A DNA stretch of 64,000 nt from Octopus vulgaris. Lineage: Eukaryota. The position numbers and the translations under genes are program-made. The stretch covers positions 79,794,001-79,858,000 of the forward strand of contig OX597819.1 of NCBI GenBank assembly GCA_951406725.2, read 5' to 3'. The notes beneath the pieces were generated by a model. The model had not been told where the DNA came from. It made no database searches and worked only from the letters and a program-made list of their open reading frames with translations. Positions within the stretch are counted from its first letter, which is position 1, and every line of letters starts with the position of its first letter. Positions 27,471-40,749 of the stretch are shown piece after piece.

Positions 27471-27724
27471 CAATCGTGGCCAAAGTTTGAAGTATTTATT
27501 ATTAAATCCAAATTATTATGCCCAAGTATAATTCGATTCAAATATATACAAGTTAGAGATATACTTGCCTAATAACTAAACCAATGGTTCAATTCTAATT
27601 CTCAAACCTATATTTCAAACATTTTTCCAAGTAATAATGTATTGCAAATAAAACATAATTTGGGGCATTTAATATAAACAATTCTAATTTTCAGACTTAT
27701 GTTCCAAACTTTTGGCCACGACAG
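27471..27724. mobile_element. Tc1-type MITE
   Basis: CAATCGTGGCCAAAGTTTG ... CCAAACTTTTGGCCACGACAG|TA imperfect TIRs. Confidence 0.6.
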
Positions 27725-27879
27725 TAATAGAAAACTAAACACTGTTTGACTGTATATATTAAAATAAAACCATAAAAGATTCACGCAATGGGAACTTAGT
27801 AGTACGGTTTGAGAAACAGCTAACGTCAAAGAGTGTTTGTCGTTCAGCATATAACTAGTAATCTTCCTCGTTTATCTTC

Positions 27880-28054
27880 AGCTACTATAGGATTCTGGCC
27901 ATGCAAAGGGTGCCACCTTGCATGGTTTAGTCGAATAAATGGACCCAAGGACTTATCCTTTCTAAGTTTAGTACTTCCTCTATCGGGACATTTACCGAAC
28001 CATTAAGTTAAGGGAACACAAACAAACTACCGCTGTATGTTAAACGGTAGAGAG

Positions 28055-28055
<1 letters not shown>
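27880..28055 (-). mobile_element. Degenerate SINE family A 3' half
   Basis: TGGCCATGC..., CCCAAGGACTTAT and CCGAACCATTAAGTTA motifs; adjoins (CA)n. Confidence 0.6.
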
Positions 28056-28114
<59 letters not shown>

Positions 28115-28350
28115 TTTATTTGCTAATTAAAGTTCGAAATCATGTTCTGGTAACAAAATATGATAAATGTTTATATTTTCCATTCCCTTCGAAATTACCC
28201 CTAACCGTAGTTTGGATTTGGACTAGTCCTTCTAACATGTTAGGTGTCCTGTCAAGGCACCTCTTATGTGTTTAAATGTATACTAATTATATACATACAT
28301 ACGTACATACATACATACATACATACATACATACATACATACATACATAC

Positions 28351-28396
<46 letters not shown>

Positions 28397-28413
28397 ATGT
28401 ATATATACATATA

Positions 28414-29690
28414 TATTCTTTTATTCGTTTCATCTACGCAGCTGTGGTCATGCTGGAGCACCACGTTGGTTTTGTCGATTTCCTCAGTCTGGAGTATTTC
28501 ACATCACCACTCCTATATATGCCTTTGCCCCAGTTGTTGGCCCATTTGGTGTGTAATGGAGTTTCATTCCGCTGCTCTCATCTGCACCTCATATCGGACT
28601 ATTGGTTCATACGGTATTGTGGAGAAGTAGATGTTTAGTTTCTTTTTGAAGATATTTACTTCCACCTTTTGCAGATTTCGTAATTTTTGTGACAGGGCAT
28701 TGAAGAGCTGTGGGCTTCTGAACCCGAGGCTACTGTAGTACCTGAATTTGGATGGTGTGGACGGTACTTTTAGTACAATATAATGGCATCCAGTTCTGAC
28801 ATTTGTATGACACTCAATTCCAAATTACGTGCTAGCCATTCTAGATTTTTCCACATTTAGATTTATTACATACCTGTCACGCCTTCGCTCCAGGGAGAAA
28901 AGTTGCAGTTTTTTCAGTCTCTCGCTGTAGCTCATCCGCTGCACTCTTTCAATCTTTTTAGTGTAGTGGCGTTGGACTGCTTGGCAATATGTGGTTGATA
29001 CAGCTAGGAACAGTCGTCTAGCCGACTGAGAACAAAGGGCCAACATCACTTCTCGGTTTCTTGTCTTGAGAACAAACACAACTTTATTTTTTGGTTTCTT
29101 GTCTTGAGAAAAAGGTCAACATTACCTCTTGGTTTCTTGTCTTGAAGGACCTTGCTATCAATCCTGCGAGCTGTCTGCATTTTGCTACTATCTTGGTAAT
29201 GTGTATATGAAGTGATGCATCATTGCACATATTGATCCCCAAATCTTTCACTGTCTGTGACTCTGGCATTGCGGTGCCTTCGGGTCCTGTATATTCATGA
29301 TTTGATAGAGAAGTGCTTGAAATTTTCCAACATTAAACCGCATGTTGTTTACTTTGGCCCACTTGCATATTGTATTCAGATCCCGCTGTAAGATTCCGAC
29401 GTCATCTTGATTTTTTATTGCCTGTGATAAATTTGTATCATGGGTGTAGCTAGTGACAGTGGCTGTCCGATTGATGATGGTCATGTCTAAGAGAGCTATT
29501 ATGAACACTAATTGTCCTAGAACAGTTCCCTAGGAGACGCTACTTAGGATTTGAGTTTCCTCAGAATGGGCATCATTGACTACAACTGCCTGACTTCTGT
29601 CTTTAAGGAAATCATGCAGCCACTCTCCCAGTTTACCAGCAATACCAAAGTCTTGCAGATTATGACATATCGTGCCATGATCTACCTTAC
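28414..29690 (-). mobile_element. 5'-truncated CR1-group LINE (decayed RT plus 3' tail)
   Basis: VDHG.I.H.L...GI.GKL.EW..DFL.DR.Q.VVVN; GTVLG; LQRDL..I.KWA..N.M.FN..K; KDLGI; SYSERLKKLQLFSLERRR. Confidence 0.88.
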
Positions 29691-29694
29691 TTTG

Positions 29695-30482
29695 AGATAC
29701 GATTTTTAATGTCTTTTGTCAATGTTATGATCTTTTCTTTTGGCATTTGATAGCCGTTACTTTTAGTTTACTTTAGAAGCAAATTGACCGTAATTTGGTT
29801 TACAGCTGTTAGTTCTGTGTCAATTTTAATGTGGAGTGCAATTAACGAACATTGTCGCTATATTTTGCTTTTTGATTTCCATAGAGGCAAGAAAGCTGCT
29901 GAGGCTCACAAAGAGTTATGTGAAGTTTATGGTGTTGATTGCTTAAACGCACATATCAGATTAGAAAGGTGTGTATTTTTGAGTTACTTCCAAGGAACCA
30001 AACGATAAATTCAGATGTTTGCAGTCAACAACTAATGAAACTGGAGGAAGCAATCAAAGAAAAACGACTAGGGTTGGCAAATCTTAAAGGAACTGTGTTC
30101 CACCATGACAACGCTAGACCATACACGCCTTTGCTAACTCGTGAAAAGTTATTGGAGCTTGGTTGGGAAGTGATATCACATCCACCATAAAGCTCTGACC
30201 ATGCACAATCAGCTTGCCTTTTATTCCGAAGTTTGCAAAATTCTTTGAATGGTAAAACTTTCAATAACGATGATGACCCGAAATCGCGTTTGATTCAGTT
30301 TTTGGCTGATAAGGACCATAAGTTATATGAGCACTGAATCATGAAGTTGCTGAAAAGAGGGCAAAAGATCATCAAACAAAATGGAATGTAGATTATTGAT
30401 TAAAGTTAATTCTTTGTATGAAGGAAAAATCATTTTTATTTTTATTTCACACTAAAAGACCGAAAATACTATTTGCCAACCC

Positions 30483-30484
<2 letters not shown>
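29695..30484 (+). mobile_element. Internally deleted mariner (mellifera/cecropia-like)
   Basis: HCRYILLFDFHRGKKAAEA..LCEVYG; FELLP.NQTINSD; FHHDNARP..LLELGWEVISHPP; right TIR TTTGCCAACCCTA. Confidence 0.88.
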
Positions 30485-30573
<89 letters not shown>

Positions 30574-30775
30574 GTATATGTATATATATATATCTATATA
30601 TATATATATAGATATAGATATATTACATATACATTTATTATATATATATATATTCTCAAATGCCTACAAATATTTATATTTTGAAAACTGCATGGATGAA
30701 TAAGATATGTGTTTGTATACTCATGAAATGAATGTGATGTGTAAATCATACCCGAGACATACGCACGCACACACG

Positions 30776-30815
<40 letters not shown>

Positions 30816-30906
30816 ACACACACACACGCGGAAACACTCATATCCATATATAAGTATAGATATGCGTGTGCGCGTATGTGTTTGCGTAAGTGTGTGTGTG
30901 TATATA

Positions 30907-30968
<62 letters not shown>

Positions 30969-32093
30969 ATATGTATATACGTAAGTTTGTCTGTATGGTG
31001 TGTATGGTGTATATAAATACACACGTGCATATGGATGAATGTGAATGGATATGCTCATTTCACGCATATACATATATCCTCATATCTATACGTGTTATAC
31101 ATATATAAATTTCTGATTTCGAACGAAATATGTGTCTTCAAGTTTTTCAAGCATGACTAGATCCGGAATTTTAACGAACTTTCTTAGAAACATAGAGAAT
31201 GCAAAACTGCGTAGAAAAAAAGAAAATAACGCAAAATGGCGAATCAAGATTTGTATGCAAACTGCTACCTTGTTACCATCAATGTCACTTTTGTTATACA
31301 AAGTGAATAGCGGAGGAGTGAATTGAACCAGGGAAGCATTCATCGATGTAAACATGCCAAAGTGTTGGTTTCACTTCTGTATTTTCTTCCGTCTGTATTT
31401 TTTTTGTTCCTCCTCCTCACACTCTCCCCTTCTCTCAAGCTCTTTCTGTCTGTCTGTTTCTCTTTCTCTCTCCCTCTCTCATTCTTTTTGACATTTTTTG
31501 TCATTTTTGCCACTATTTCTGTCTTTTCTCAATTTTCTTTTTCTCCTTCTTTTCTTCGTTTACATTTCATTCATTGTTTCCATTTCTTATTTTTCACCTT
31601 CTTTTTCGCTTCTATCTCTTCCTCTTTCCCTTATTTTGTCCCTTCTGTCAGGTTATTTTTTTCGACATTTTCTTTTTTTCATCTCTCTCTCTCTGTACCA
31701 CTCTCACTCCTTTTCTCTATCCCTCTCTCCCTTTCCCTTTCTCTGTCTCCATCTCTCTTTCTCTCTATTTATCTGTCTCTATCGCTATCTCTATGGCTCC
31801 TTATTATCTTTCATTTTACTTGCTCTTTTACAGCATTTTATTCTTGAAATCATTTTCATTTATTCTTCTCCCTCCATTCTTTAATCTCTCTCCAATAATA
31901 TTAAACCGCCTCTCTATCTGTCTGTCTGTCTGGCTCTCTATCTCACTGACTTTCTCTCTCTCTTTCGGTCTCTTTTCCATAGAGAGGTGTCTGTATGCGT
32001 GTGTTATTGTGTGTATGTCTACACAGGCATGCACAAAGACATACATATGCATCTATCAATCTTTTTGTCTCTCTATCTCTCTCTACCTCTCTA

Positions 32094-32156
<63 letters not shown>

Positions 32157-32500
32157 ATCTATCTAGCTATCTATCTATCTCTATATATATGTATGTATGT
32201 ATATGTATGCATATCACAGTATGCGTTTGCGTAGTATGTACATATCCGTGTGTGCGTGTACTTTTACTTCTTTTTACTTAGAAGGTGGGACCTAGCTCTT
32301 GACATCGTTGGATTTAGGATAATGATAACAGTAGTTTTTACATATCAAGCTTGAAGAATGTCTTGCATAGTCTTACTGTTCCACTTACAGATTGTGTCTT
32401 CAAATATCGTATTGACCACTTCTTTCTATGCAGGAAAATCTTAGCTTTTCCAGATTGTGACTTAGAGATTTACTAACATACTTGGGTGCACCACTGATTA

Positions 32501-34738
32501 CACTGGTCGACAGCCAATTTTCATCAGGGATATTATATGGTGTTTTATATGTAGTTTTGTTCGCAGATTTCAAAAATGTAATTGGTTTCCTTCTATCAGG
32601 CACAGGTTTTCTGTTGAGATAAGAGAGGTATATAACTCCCATCAGTAGTATCGCTACACGTAAACATCTCATACAGGTAAATTCTGACTTCTGTTTGATA
32701 ACTATTTGTATTCATTTTGTAATTTTATGTTTTCATACTCTTTTCTTTTCATAAATTTTACTTTCTGTTTAAGGTGCCAAGTCATCATCATCATCATATT
32801 CTACTCAGGATGTCAAGGCATTGCAAGAACAGTCCTGACATATTTTGTCATGTCTGTGGTTCATTTACCCCCAAAGCTCAGCAACGTGCCATCACAATTG
32901 AAATCAAGATTTACCAGTTATACTTTGGCTGCTCTCTAGGGGATCAAGATAAGAGTTGGGCCCCGCACATCATCTGCTCAGCTTGTTCAAATGGACTAAG
33001 GGATTGGCTAAATAAGAGGAAGAGAGCAATACCGTATGCAATACCTATGATATGGAGAGAACCAAAGGGTCATTTCATGTGCTGTTATTTCTGCAACGTT
33101 AATGTATGTGGGTTTACTGTAAAGACCAAGCATAAGATTGTGTACCCAACTTGGAATCAGCAAGAAAGCGCGTACCACACAACGATGATGATCTTCCTAT
33201 TCCAATACCACCAGAAAATGGCCTTCAGATGTCTGACGAAGATGTATTTCTCGAAGAAAATACTACTGCTGTGGAGACACCGAAGTGGATGCAGATTTGA
33301 AAATGAAAACGTACCACAGAAATTTTCTCAAAGAGAGTTAAATGATATAGTTAGAGACTTGTCATTGCCGAAGGATAAAGCATCTCGCCTACAAGAAAAG
33401 TGTCTGCTTAAGAAAGATGTTTGTATTACTCATTTCAGGAAGAGAAATAGGGATCTGACTTCACACTACTCTGTTGATGGACTACTTTGTTTCAGTAATA
33501 ACGCTGATGAGTTATTTCGCTGTTTGTTCAAGAACATGTTCCAGCTGAATGGCGCTTATTCATTGATTTATCTAAGAGAAGTCTCAAGGCAGTACTACTA
33601 CACAACGGCAATAAGAAACCATCCATTCCCATTGGACATTCAGTGCACGTGAAGGAGTGTTATGAAAACATGCAAGTACTCCTCAATGACATAAAGTATA
33701 CAAACTACGGCTGGAAAATATGTGGAGACTTGAAAGTGATTGGAATGTTGATGGGAATGCAATCTGGGTTCACGAAATATAGTTGCTTTTTATGTCTATG
33801 GGACAGTCGTGCAACTAACAAGCACTATGTGCAATCAGAGTGGCCTTTGCGAAAATCATAGGAGCCGGGAGTTTTTAGCGTCTAGAGTAAGCCACTTTTA
33901 AACCCAGAAAATATTCTTCTCCCCACCTCTTTACATAAAGCTTGGCCTCATGAAGCAATTTCGTGAAGACACTTGCCTGGAAAAGCTCAAATGGTTTTGA
34001 ATATGTGAAAGCCAAATTTCCAAAGATCACCGAGGCAACACTGAAAGAGGGCGTGTTCATAGGTCCGCAGATAAAAGAACTCCTGAAGGATAACCACTTC
34101 CTCACAGTATTGGATGAAATTGACCTTAAAGCCTGGGAATCCTTCAAATGGCTCTGTGAAAATTTCCTAGGCAACAAGAGATCTCTAGAGTTTAGACATG
34201 GAGTGAAATGTCTTCTAGACTCCTACGCTGCAATGAGCTGTCAGATGTTGCTAAAAGTCCATTTCCTTGATTCACATCTGGACTGTTTTGCAGAGAACCT
34301 TGGAGCAGTGTCTGATGAGCAAGGGGAACGCTTTAATCAAGATATTGCATCAATGGAACAACGATATCAAAGATTTTGGTATGCAGGAATGTTAGCTGAC
34401 TACTGTTGGATGCTATGCAGGGATGAATCTGAGACAAAACACCATAGAAAGTTCAAATTCCAAAGATTTTAAGTTGTTATGCATTTGAGTGTATTCTAAC
34501 TTATTTGTACACAATAATTTTAATTTTTTACAATAAAAAGCCATGAATTGATCGTATCTTGTATTCAATATACTTCATATAGACATACTTTACGTATCCT
34601 ATAAGCTAAAACTGCAGGTATTATTAACATGAAAACGTGACCCGATAGAGGAAATCGGACTTCAGATTCGTAATCAGTATCAAAAAATTAACCCAGAAAA
34701 GTCAATCAGCAACTCTGATTTCATTTTGTTGACCAGTG
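32501..34738 (+). mobile_element. Full-length Chapaev3-type (CMC) DNA transposon with TTA TSD
   Basis: TTA|CACTGGTCGACA ... TGTTGACCAGTG|TTA (12-bp TIR, 1 mismatch) enclosing a transposase pseudogene. Family name assigned from recalled motifs. Confidence 0.85.
32810..34472 (+). pseudogene. Chapaev3-like transposase with several frameshifts and stops
   Basis: CKNSPDIFCHVCG..YFG..LGDQDKSWAPHIIC..PMIWREP..CYFC; WRLFID; ICGDLKVI..GMQSGFTKY.CFLCLWDSRA; KEGVFIGPQI; HFLDSHLD..NLGAVSDEQGERF.QDI. Confidence 0.85.
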
Positions 34739-35059
34739 TTATTTGTATAAATGCAAACTGGGGTAGAGACGTGCAGGTTTCGAATCAGTTGTCCATAGAT
34801 ATTCTCCATCTCAATGATTTTGAAGAGATATTTACATTTTCAGGGCAAATAGCCTCAATGACTGCACACGACTTTTCTTTTGTGTCCCAAATAATTTTCA
34901 TATCTGCTATATTTAATTAATATTCCGTGTGTTGATATTTATGTATATATTCCAGAACAGAGATATTTTCGTATTTATCTCAGGCCGGTTTTTCCCTGGT
35001 GGGCATTCTATATTGTTTAAGCAATAAATATCGTGTCGCAGTGGGACCTAGCATCTCAA

Positions 35060-35860
35060 TGACATTTCTGAACAGCTGTTGAACACGTATGTTATATTCT
35101 CATCAGAAATGTTATATAGTCTATTCTTACATTGGATTTTGGGAACGTAAGGGCTTTACTGTCCTTTTAGTTCGTGGAATATAAGTTGTTTTCTCATCCT
35201 CTTGGATTGCAAAAGTACAGCCTTCACGATGTGACGAGATGTAGCAGCCACTTCATATAAATATTGTCATCCTTTTCTAGTTTATCTGAAACACACCCAT
35301 GCATAATATTTTTGTTTTATATACAGTGTTTTTCTTCCAGATCTATTAGCCCTGCACTCCTGCGTTCGTATGGGAAGCCACTAGAAAGGGAATGCATTTT
35401 GCGGAGTTCACTGCTGATTCGCAGGATGTTTTTGACTTCAATCTTTAGCATTTAGTTGACGTATTTATTTTTGCTGTGATTGTTAGGCAGTTGCTATATG
35501 AACTACATCAAACGCACTCGGAGTTTGATCTTAAGTTTCTTCATTCTTTTCTTTTGAGATAAAGAGTGTCCATGCAGATAAAGTTGAGATAAAGTCTGTT
35601 GTTTCTTCGGAAATTTGCAGACAATGCCAGCATCTTATGGGTTTTAATGTATACCGAGCGGCTTTTCTCTATAGATCTATCGATCATACTAAATGATGGA
35701 ATCATTACAGTTGCTACAAATGCAGTGTGAGATATTGTCTTGTAAGTGCAAAGCTATGATTTATTACCATAAATCTGGTAATATTTTTTATTTTTGTCCA
35801 CCGTACCTTTGTATGGTACATTTTCATCAATATCTAGGTTTTTATAGCATTCGTTATGTG
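35060..35860 (-). mobile_element. Highly decayed R4/Dong-like LINE fragment (same family as 51505-52195)
   Basis: Minus-strand peptides KTISHTAFVATVMIPSFSMID and SHREGCTFAIQE match QTISHNSFAVPVLILTFGILD and SHSEGYVFAMQ at 51.5-52.2 kb. Confidence 0.6.
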
Positions 35861-36856
35861 GAACAGAGAAGACACAAAAACCAGTGACGCACAAATCAGG
35901 GTAAAGGGTGCAGCACCGAAATAGTAAATGGTGTACGGCACAAAGTAATCACTTTAAACTTGCTAAAATAATTTTCGAAGTGGTTTATATGATCGGAAAT
36001 GTAATTTCGAGGTCTCCATGGTGTCATAGTAAGGATCCGATCAACGACTTTGCAATTAAAAAAGGCGAGGGAAAACTTTTCAAATGTAATTATAAATATA
36101 AATAAACATCATTTCCCATCTTACTGTTAGTTTTATTTCATTTAAAAATAGAAATAATATTTTATGGTATGTTATTGTTTATATTTTGAATTACATAATT
36201 ATGGAGACACCAAAATCTCTTAAGTGCCTAGGGCCGCCATGGTTCTTAATCATGGAATTGTGAAAATCTTATTTACACAGCAAACATACTACACTTATAA
36301 TTTTTCAACCACTGGTGGGTCCTACATTTTTCTGGAAAGTTATAGTGGAGCCTGGGGGAAAATAGGTTGGGAAACATTGCTCTAAGTGTTTCAGTATCCT
36401 GAAGGCAGCTGTAAATTTCCCAATTCTAATGTAATCCGAAACCTCCTCTTAGGTGCTAAAGATCAGAAACTCTCTAATTTATTTTCTTTTTAATTAATTT
36501 TGATAAATTGAATTTTCCCTACTGTCTTATTTACTCAAAATTTGTAATTTAAATTACGAATATTTTCATTGCTCATGATGTATTTTTGATAAATTTAAAT
36601 TTCTTGGTTTTTCTACATCAAATATACTAAGACTTTACGATCAAGTTTTCATGCAGTAAGTGTCCCTGAATCCCTGAATAAATCTCTCTCTCCATTCAAT
36701 CTTTCAATTTCCTATATTCATATTACCTCACTTTTTTTTTTCCTTTTAACTTTCTTTATTCCTTTGCTTTTTGCAAAATCAGAGACTGTATGTCACTTGG
36801 TTTTCTATGTATTGCGAGATGGAGTGAACTATTGCTATCTCCAGCGAGTGAGTATC

Positions 36857-36906
36857 TGCCACCAAGGATGACCAGAAAGAGGTCGAAACCGTACGGTCTG
36901 GTGGTA
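36857..36906 (+). ncRNA. Type I hammerhead motif lacking the CTG of the core
   Basis: TGCCACCA-[ctg missing]AGGA-T-GACC agaaaga GGTC-GAAA-CCGTACGG-TC-TGGTGGTA: 8-bp stem I, palindromic stem III, GUC site. Confidence 0.65.
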
Positions 36907-37894
36907 TAGTGACTGGAAGATGGTAGGGGGTTCACTCCCCTGCTTGCAATATATATATCGGGTACAGGTTGCATCGAATAGCTTAGCTGGAGGAGACATT
37001 CTCCTGGGGTTAAAAATAGCAGCAACGTCGGTTCCTACGGAACAGCCGTGTTTAAGTAGCAATAAACATTTCTTTCTTTGTTTTTTTTCATTTATTTTAC
37101 CGTCTGCTTACTCTGTTTCACTAATTCTGTTTTTTTTCCTTCGTTTTTTCCCCTTTTATTTGTTTGTTTCTTTCATTCTTTTTCCGTCCAATCTTTTCTT
37201 TCTTTTTCCTATATATCTGTCTTTTAGTTCTCTTTATTTAATTTTCCTCGGCATATTTTTTTCTGTCTGTCCTTCCTTCCTTCCTTGTTTATTATTTTTC
37301 TTTCTATATTTCTTACTCTCTTCAACCTCCATCTCTTTCTTCCATTTTTACTGTCTATTTGAATAACTTCTTCATTCTCCATAATGTTTTCTCTCTCTTT
37401 CTTTCTCTAGTTTTCTTTTTCTCTGTCACTATCTTTTTCTCGCTCTTTCTTTCTTTCTCTCTTTTATTTATCTCTCATTCTCTGCAAATACACATACACA
37501 AAAACTTACATACACTTTGTCTCTCTCTATCTACCTCTCTCTCTCTCTCTCTAACTGCTTCCTGTCTTTTTCTCTCCGTTTCTCTCTTCCACCTTCTCTC
37601 GTCTCTTTCATTCGTTATGCTTTTCTTTCACTCTTTCTCACACTGTCTAGTATGTCTCTTTAATTTCTCTCTTTTTCCTTTCTCCTTCTCTATTCACACA
37701 CATTTTCTCTTTCTCTGTATTCCTTTCTCCATCTTTCTATTTCTGTATTTGCATACCTCTCTCTGTCTCTTTCTCTCTCTCTCTCTCTACAATACCCGCA
37801 CTTTTTTCTCTCAATTTCTCTCTGTCTTGTGCTGGTATTTTTCTATTATCTTATTCCCTCTTTTTTCTCTCGTTATTTCTGCCTTTTCCTTTTA

Positions 37895-38123
37895 CAGTAA
37901 TTCCTCGCCATATCGCGGTTCGCCTATCGCAGTTTATTGTTTAAGCTTACATCGATTCCTCCGTGGTGTTGTTTTGCACTTACAATAAAATAAATATATA
38001 CAAATTATAAAAATAATAAAACAAAAATACAGTATAGTACTATTTGTACTTCGCGGATTTTCACCTAACGCAGGGTGGAGGTGGGGTTGGAACATAACAC
38101 CCGCGATAGTCGAGGGATTACTG
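37895..38123. mobile_element. pogo/Tigger-type MITE, 229 bp, TA TSD
   Basis: TA|CAGTAATTCCTCGCCATATCGCGG ... CCGCGATAGTCGAGGGATTACTG|TA. Confidence 0.85.
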
Positions 38124-38852
38124 TACTCACTCTTACCTTCTCTTTTTCTCTGTTTTTCTCTCTCCCGCTTTCTCTCCCTGAATCTTCCGCTCCGTCTCTC
38201 ACTCCCTACTACAATACACTCACTTTTTCTCTCACTTTCTCTTCCTCCTCTCCATACTCCCTTTCTCATTCACACTATAACACTTTATTACTAAACTACA
38301 ATCTCACCTATTTATCCACACTCACCCGCTAAACCTATGCACTACACCAATAAATCTGCTGTAACAAACGCATATTTCTTCTATAGACTCTTTCGACGCA
38401 CCGCCATATTGATTCTACACGTACATACGTGAATACTTCTCACTCTATACTCGTCTCTGTGTGCAATATACGCATGCGCATTTGTATGTTAGTGTGTGTA
38501 GCTGTGTGTATGAATGCGTGTCGGTGACTCTTTGTCGTGTCAATGAAGCTTACAAGCACCATTGGGACCAAACTAGAAGATTCTATATCGAACGGCCTAT
38601 CACTAGAATTCGGATCAAATTTGACAATGGCACGAAACAGTTTTTCAAAAATTACATCTTTCATGTATAATCGGAAATACATTCCATATCACCTCGTATT
38701 TTTCTCATTTACCTTTCCGTCTTTCTTCCTCTACATATAATCTGTCGGTCTGTCTGTTTGTCTATGTATGTATGTATGTATGTATGTATGTATGTATGTA
38801 TGTATGTATGCATGTATGTATGTATGTATGCATGTATGTATCTATTTATCTG

Positions 38853-38908
<56 letters not shown>

Positions 38909-39129
38909 CCTATCTATCTATCTTTCTGTCGGTTGGTCTGTCTGTCTGTCTGTCGGTCTGTCTGTGTAGCTGTCCATCCATCCATTTATCTATCTATCTA
39001 TCTATCTATCTTTTTTCCCCTTTTTTCTTCTTTTTTCATTTCTCTTTTCTTTTGTTCCTTTTCCTTTTCTTTTTTTTTCTTTTTCTTTTTTTCTTTTTTA
39101 TTTTATTTTATTTTATTTTATTTATTTAT

Positions 39130-39290
39130 TTTTGTTCTTTTCTTCCCTTTTACGATCCCTCTTGATCGAAAACCTACGCCACCCCCTTTTTTTGTTTCTT
39201 TTGTTTTTTGTTTATTTCATCCCCCAAAAGAAAAGCTCTACCTTGTAACTTGTCCCATCTGTGTGCAGCCCTGTGTGGCCAATAAAGAAA
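39130..39290 (+). mobile_element. Possible LINE 3'UTR remnant ending AATAAAGAAA in (TATC)-rich sequence
   Basis: T-rich stretch, then CTTGTAACTTGTCCC...GGCCAATAAAG; no coding evidence. Confidence 0.3.
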
Positions 39291-40419
39291 CTTATCTATA
39301 TATATATAAACATACACACACACACTCATATATATACCTGTCTGTCTATCTATCTATCTATCTATCTATCGATCGATCGATCGATTTATATTTCAGTTTG
39401 ACAATCTTTCAATCTGTCAATCAGTCTAACTGTCTGATTATCTGTACGTTTTTATGTTTTTTCTAACTTTGTGTTTGGTTATCTATCTGGCTGTCTGTCT
39501 GTCTGTCTGTCTGTGTGTATGTATGTATGTATGTATGTATGTATGTATGTATGTATGGATGAATGGATGAATGGATGTATATCAAGTTGAGAATTTGTCA
39601 ATATGCCTGTTTGGCTACATTGACTTATTTTCTTCTTCTCTGTCTATCTGCCAATCTCTCTATCTAACCACCCACCACTGAACATGGTCAACTGATTTGC
39701 TAGAAATGGAAACCAAATCTTCTTCAAAAATTAGCTTACCATTTGAAAAAAAAAAAAAACAGAAGGAAGAATAACTTGCGTAATGTATGTCAGGAAAGGT
39801 AACATCATTATTGAAGAAAAATTCATTTCGTCACGCTTGAAATGATTTCCGTCACAGTTCTGGTCAATGCCCAATGAGAAGCGTCTAGTAGAAGAGAGTA
39901 GTACGGAAGGCCACTGTATACGTATATGCATTTCAGTTTAGTTAGAAGCTAATCATCTACAAACAGTTTATATTCAACTCTGTAAGCTAACGAAACTGTC
40001 ATCAGTAAAACGCTTAACTCTAAAGGATTTATTAAGTCTTAATTATAATAATGTTGTTATTTTTGTCCGTGCATTGATCGTGCAGGAGGTTTATGATCAA
40101 AGGCATTCGATGTGGATTATATTCCAGAATTGTACTCAGCTATACATTATATCGTCGTCGTCGTCATCGTCGACGTCATCATCATCGTAGTCTTCGAAGT
40201 CGTCGTTGTCGTAATCATTATCATCATAATCATCATCATCATCATCGTCGTCGTTGTCGTCATCATCATCGTCGTCGTCGTCATTATCATCATCACCATT
40301 GATTCCTATAGAGGCCCTTTAAACTCATTAGAAAGCTTCTCGTAAGACGTGGGGGCCTCTAATGTAAAGGTCACGGGTAGGCTTTATTTTCCTAAGAGTT
40401 AAACTTTATGTAGGAGCTC

Positions 40420-40532
40420 TTCCGGGTATTCCTTTCCAAACTCCTTCAGCCATTTGTCTATATCTTAGCTTACAGTTCCCAACGCGCCAGTTATTATTGG
40501 CACGACCTTTACAGTTCGCATGCTTCATGTTA

Positions 40533-40567
<35 letters not shown>

Positions 40568-40745
40568 GAAAACTCACAGTTAATTCTGCTGGACATGATG
40601 GAAATTGTCAGCTATCCACAGCCAGCAGACTAAAGTGACACTTGTTTTACTGGTCATGCTTCAAGAACTTGTGAAAGATTCTTGCAGTTCCAAGCAATGC
40701 TGATTTTTGTAGTGGGTATAGTTATTTAGGGATTTTGGAACTGGA
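40420..40745 (-). mobile_element. Two short R4/Dong-like 3' fragments separated by a (TAA)n tail
   Basis: Minus peptides KVVPIITGALGTVS.DIDKWLKEFG (about 40435-40512) and LQKSALLGTARIFHKFL (about 40660-40712), then 3'UTR and (TAA)n at 40530-40563. Confidence 0.65.
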
Positions 40746-40749
40746 TGAC

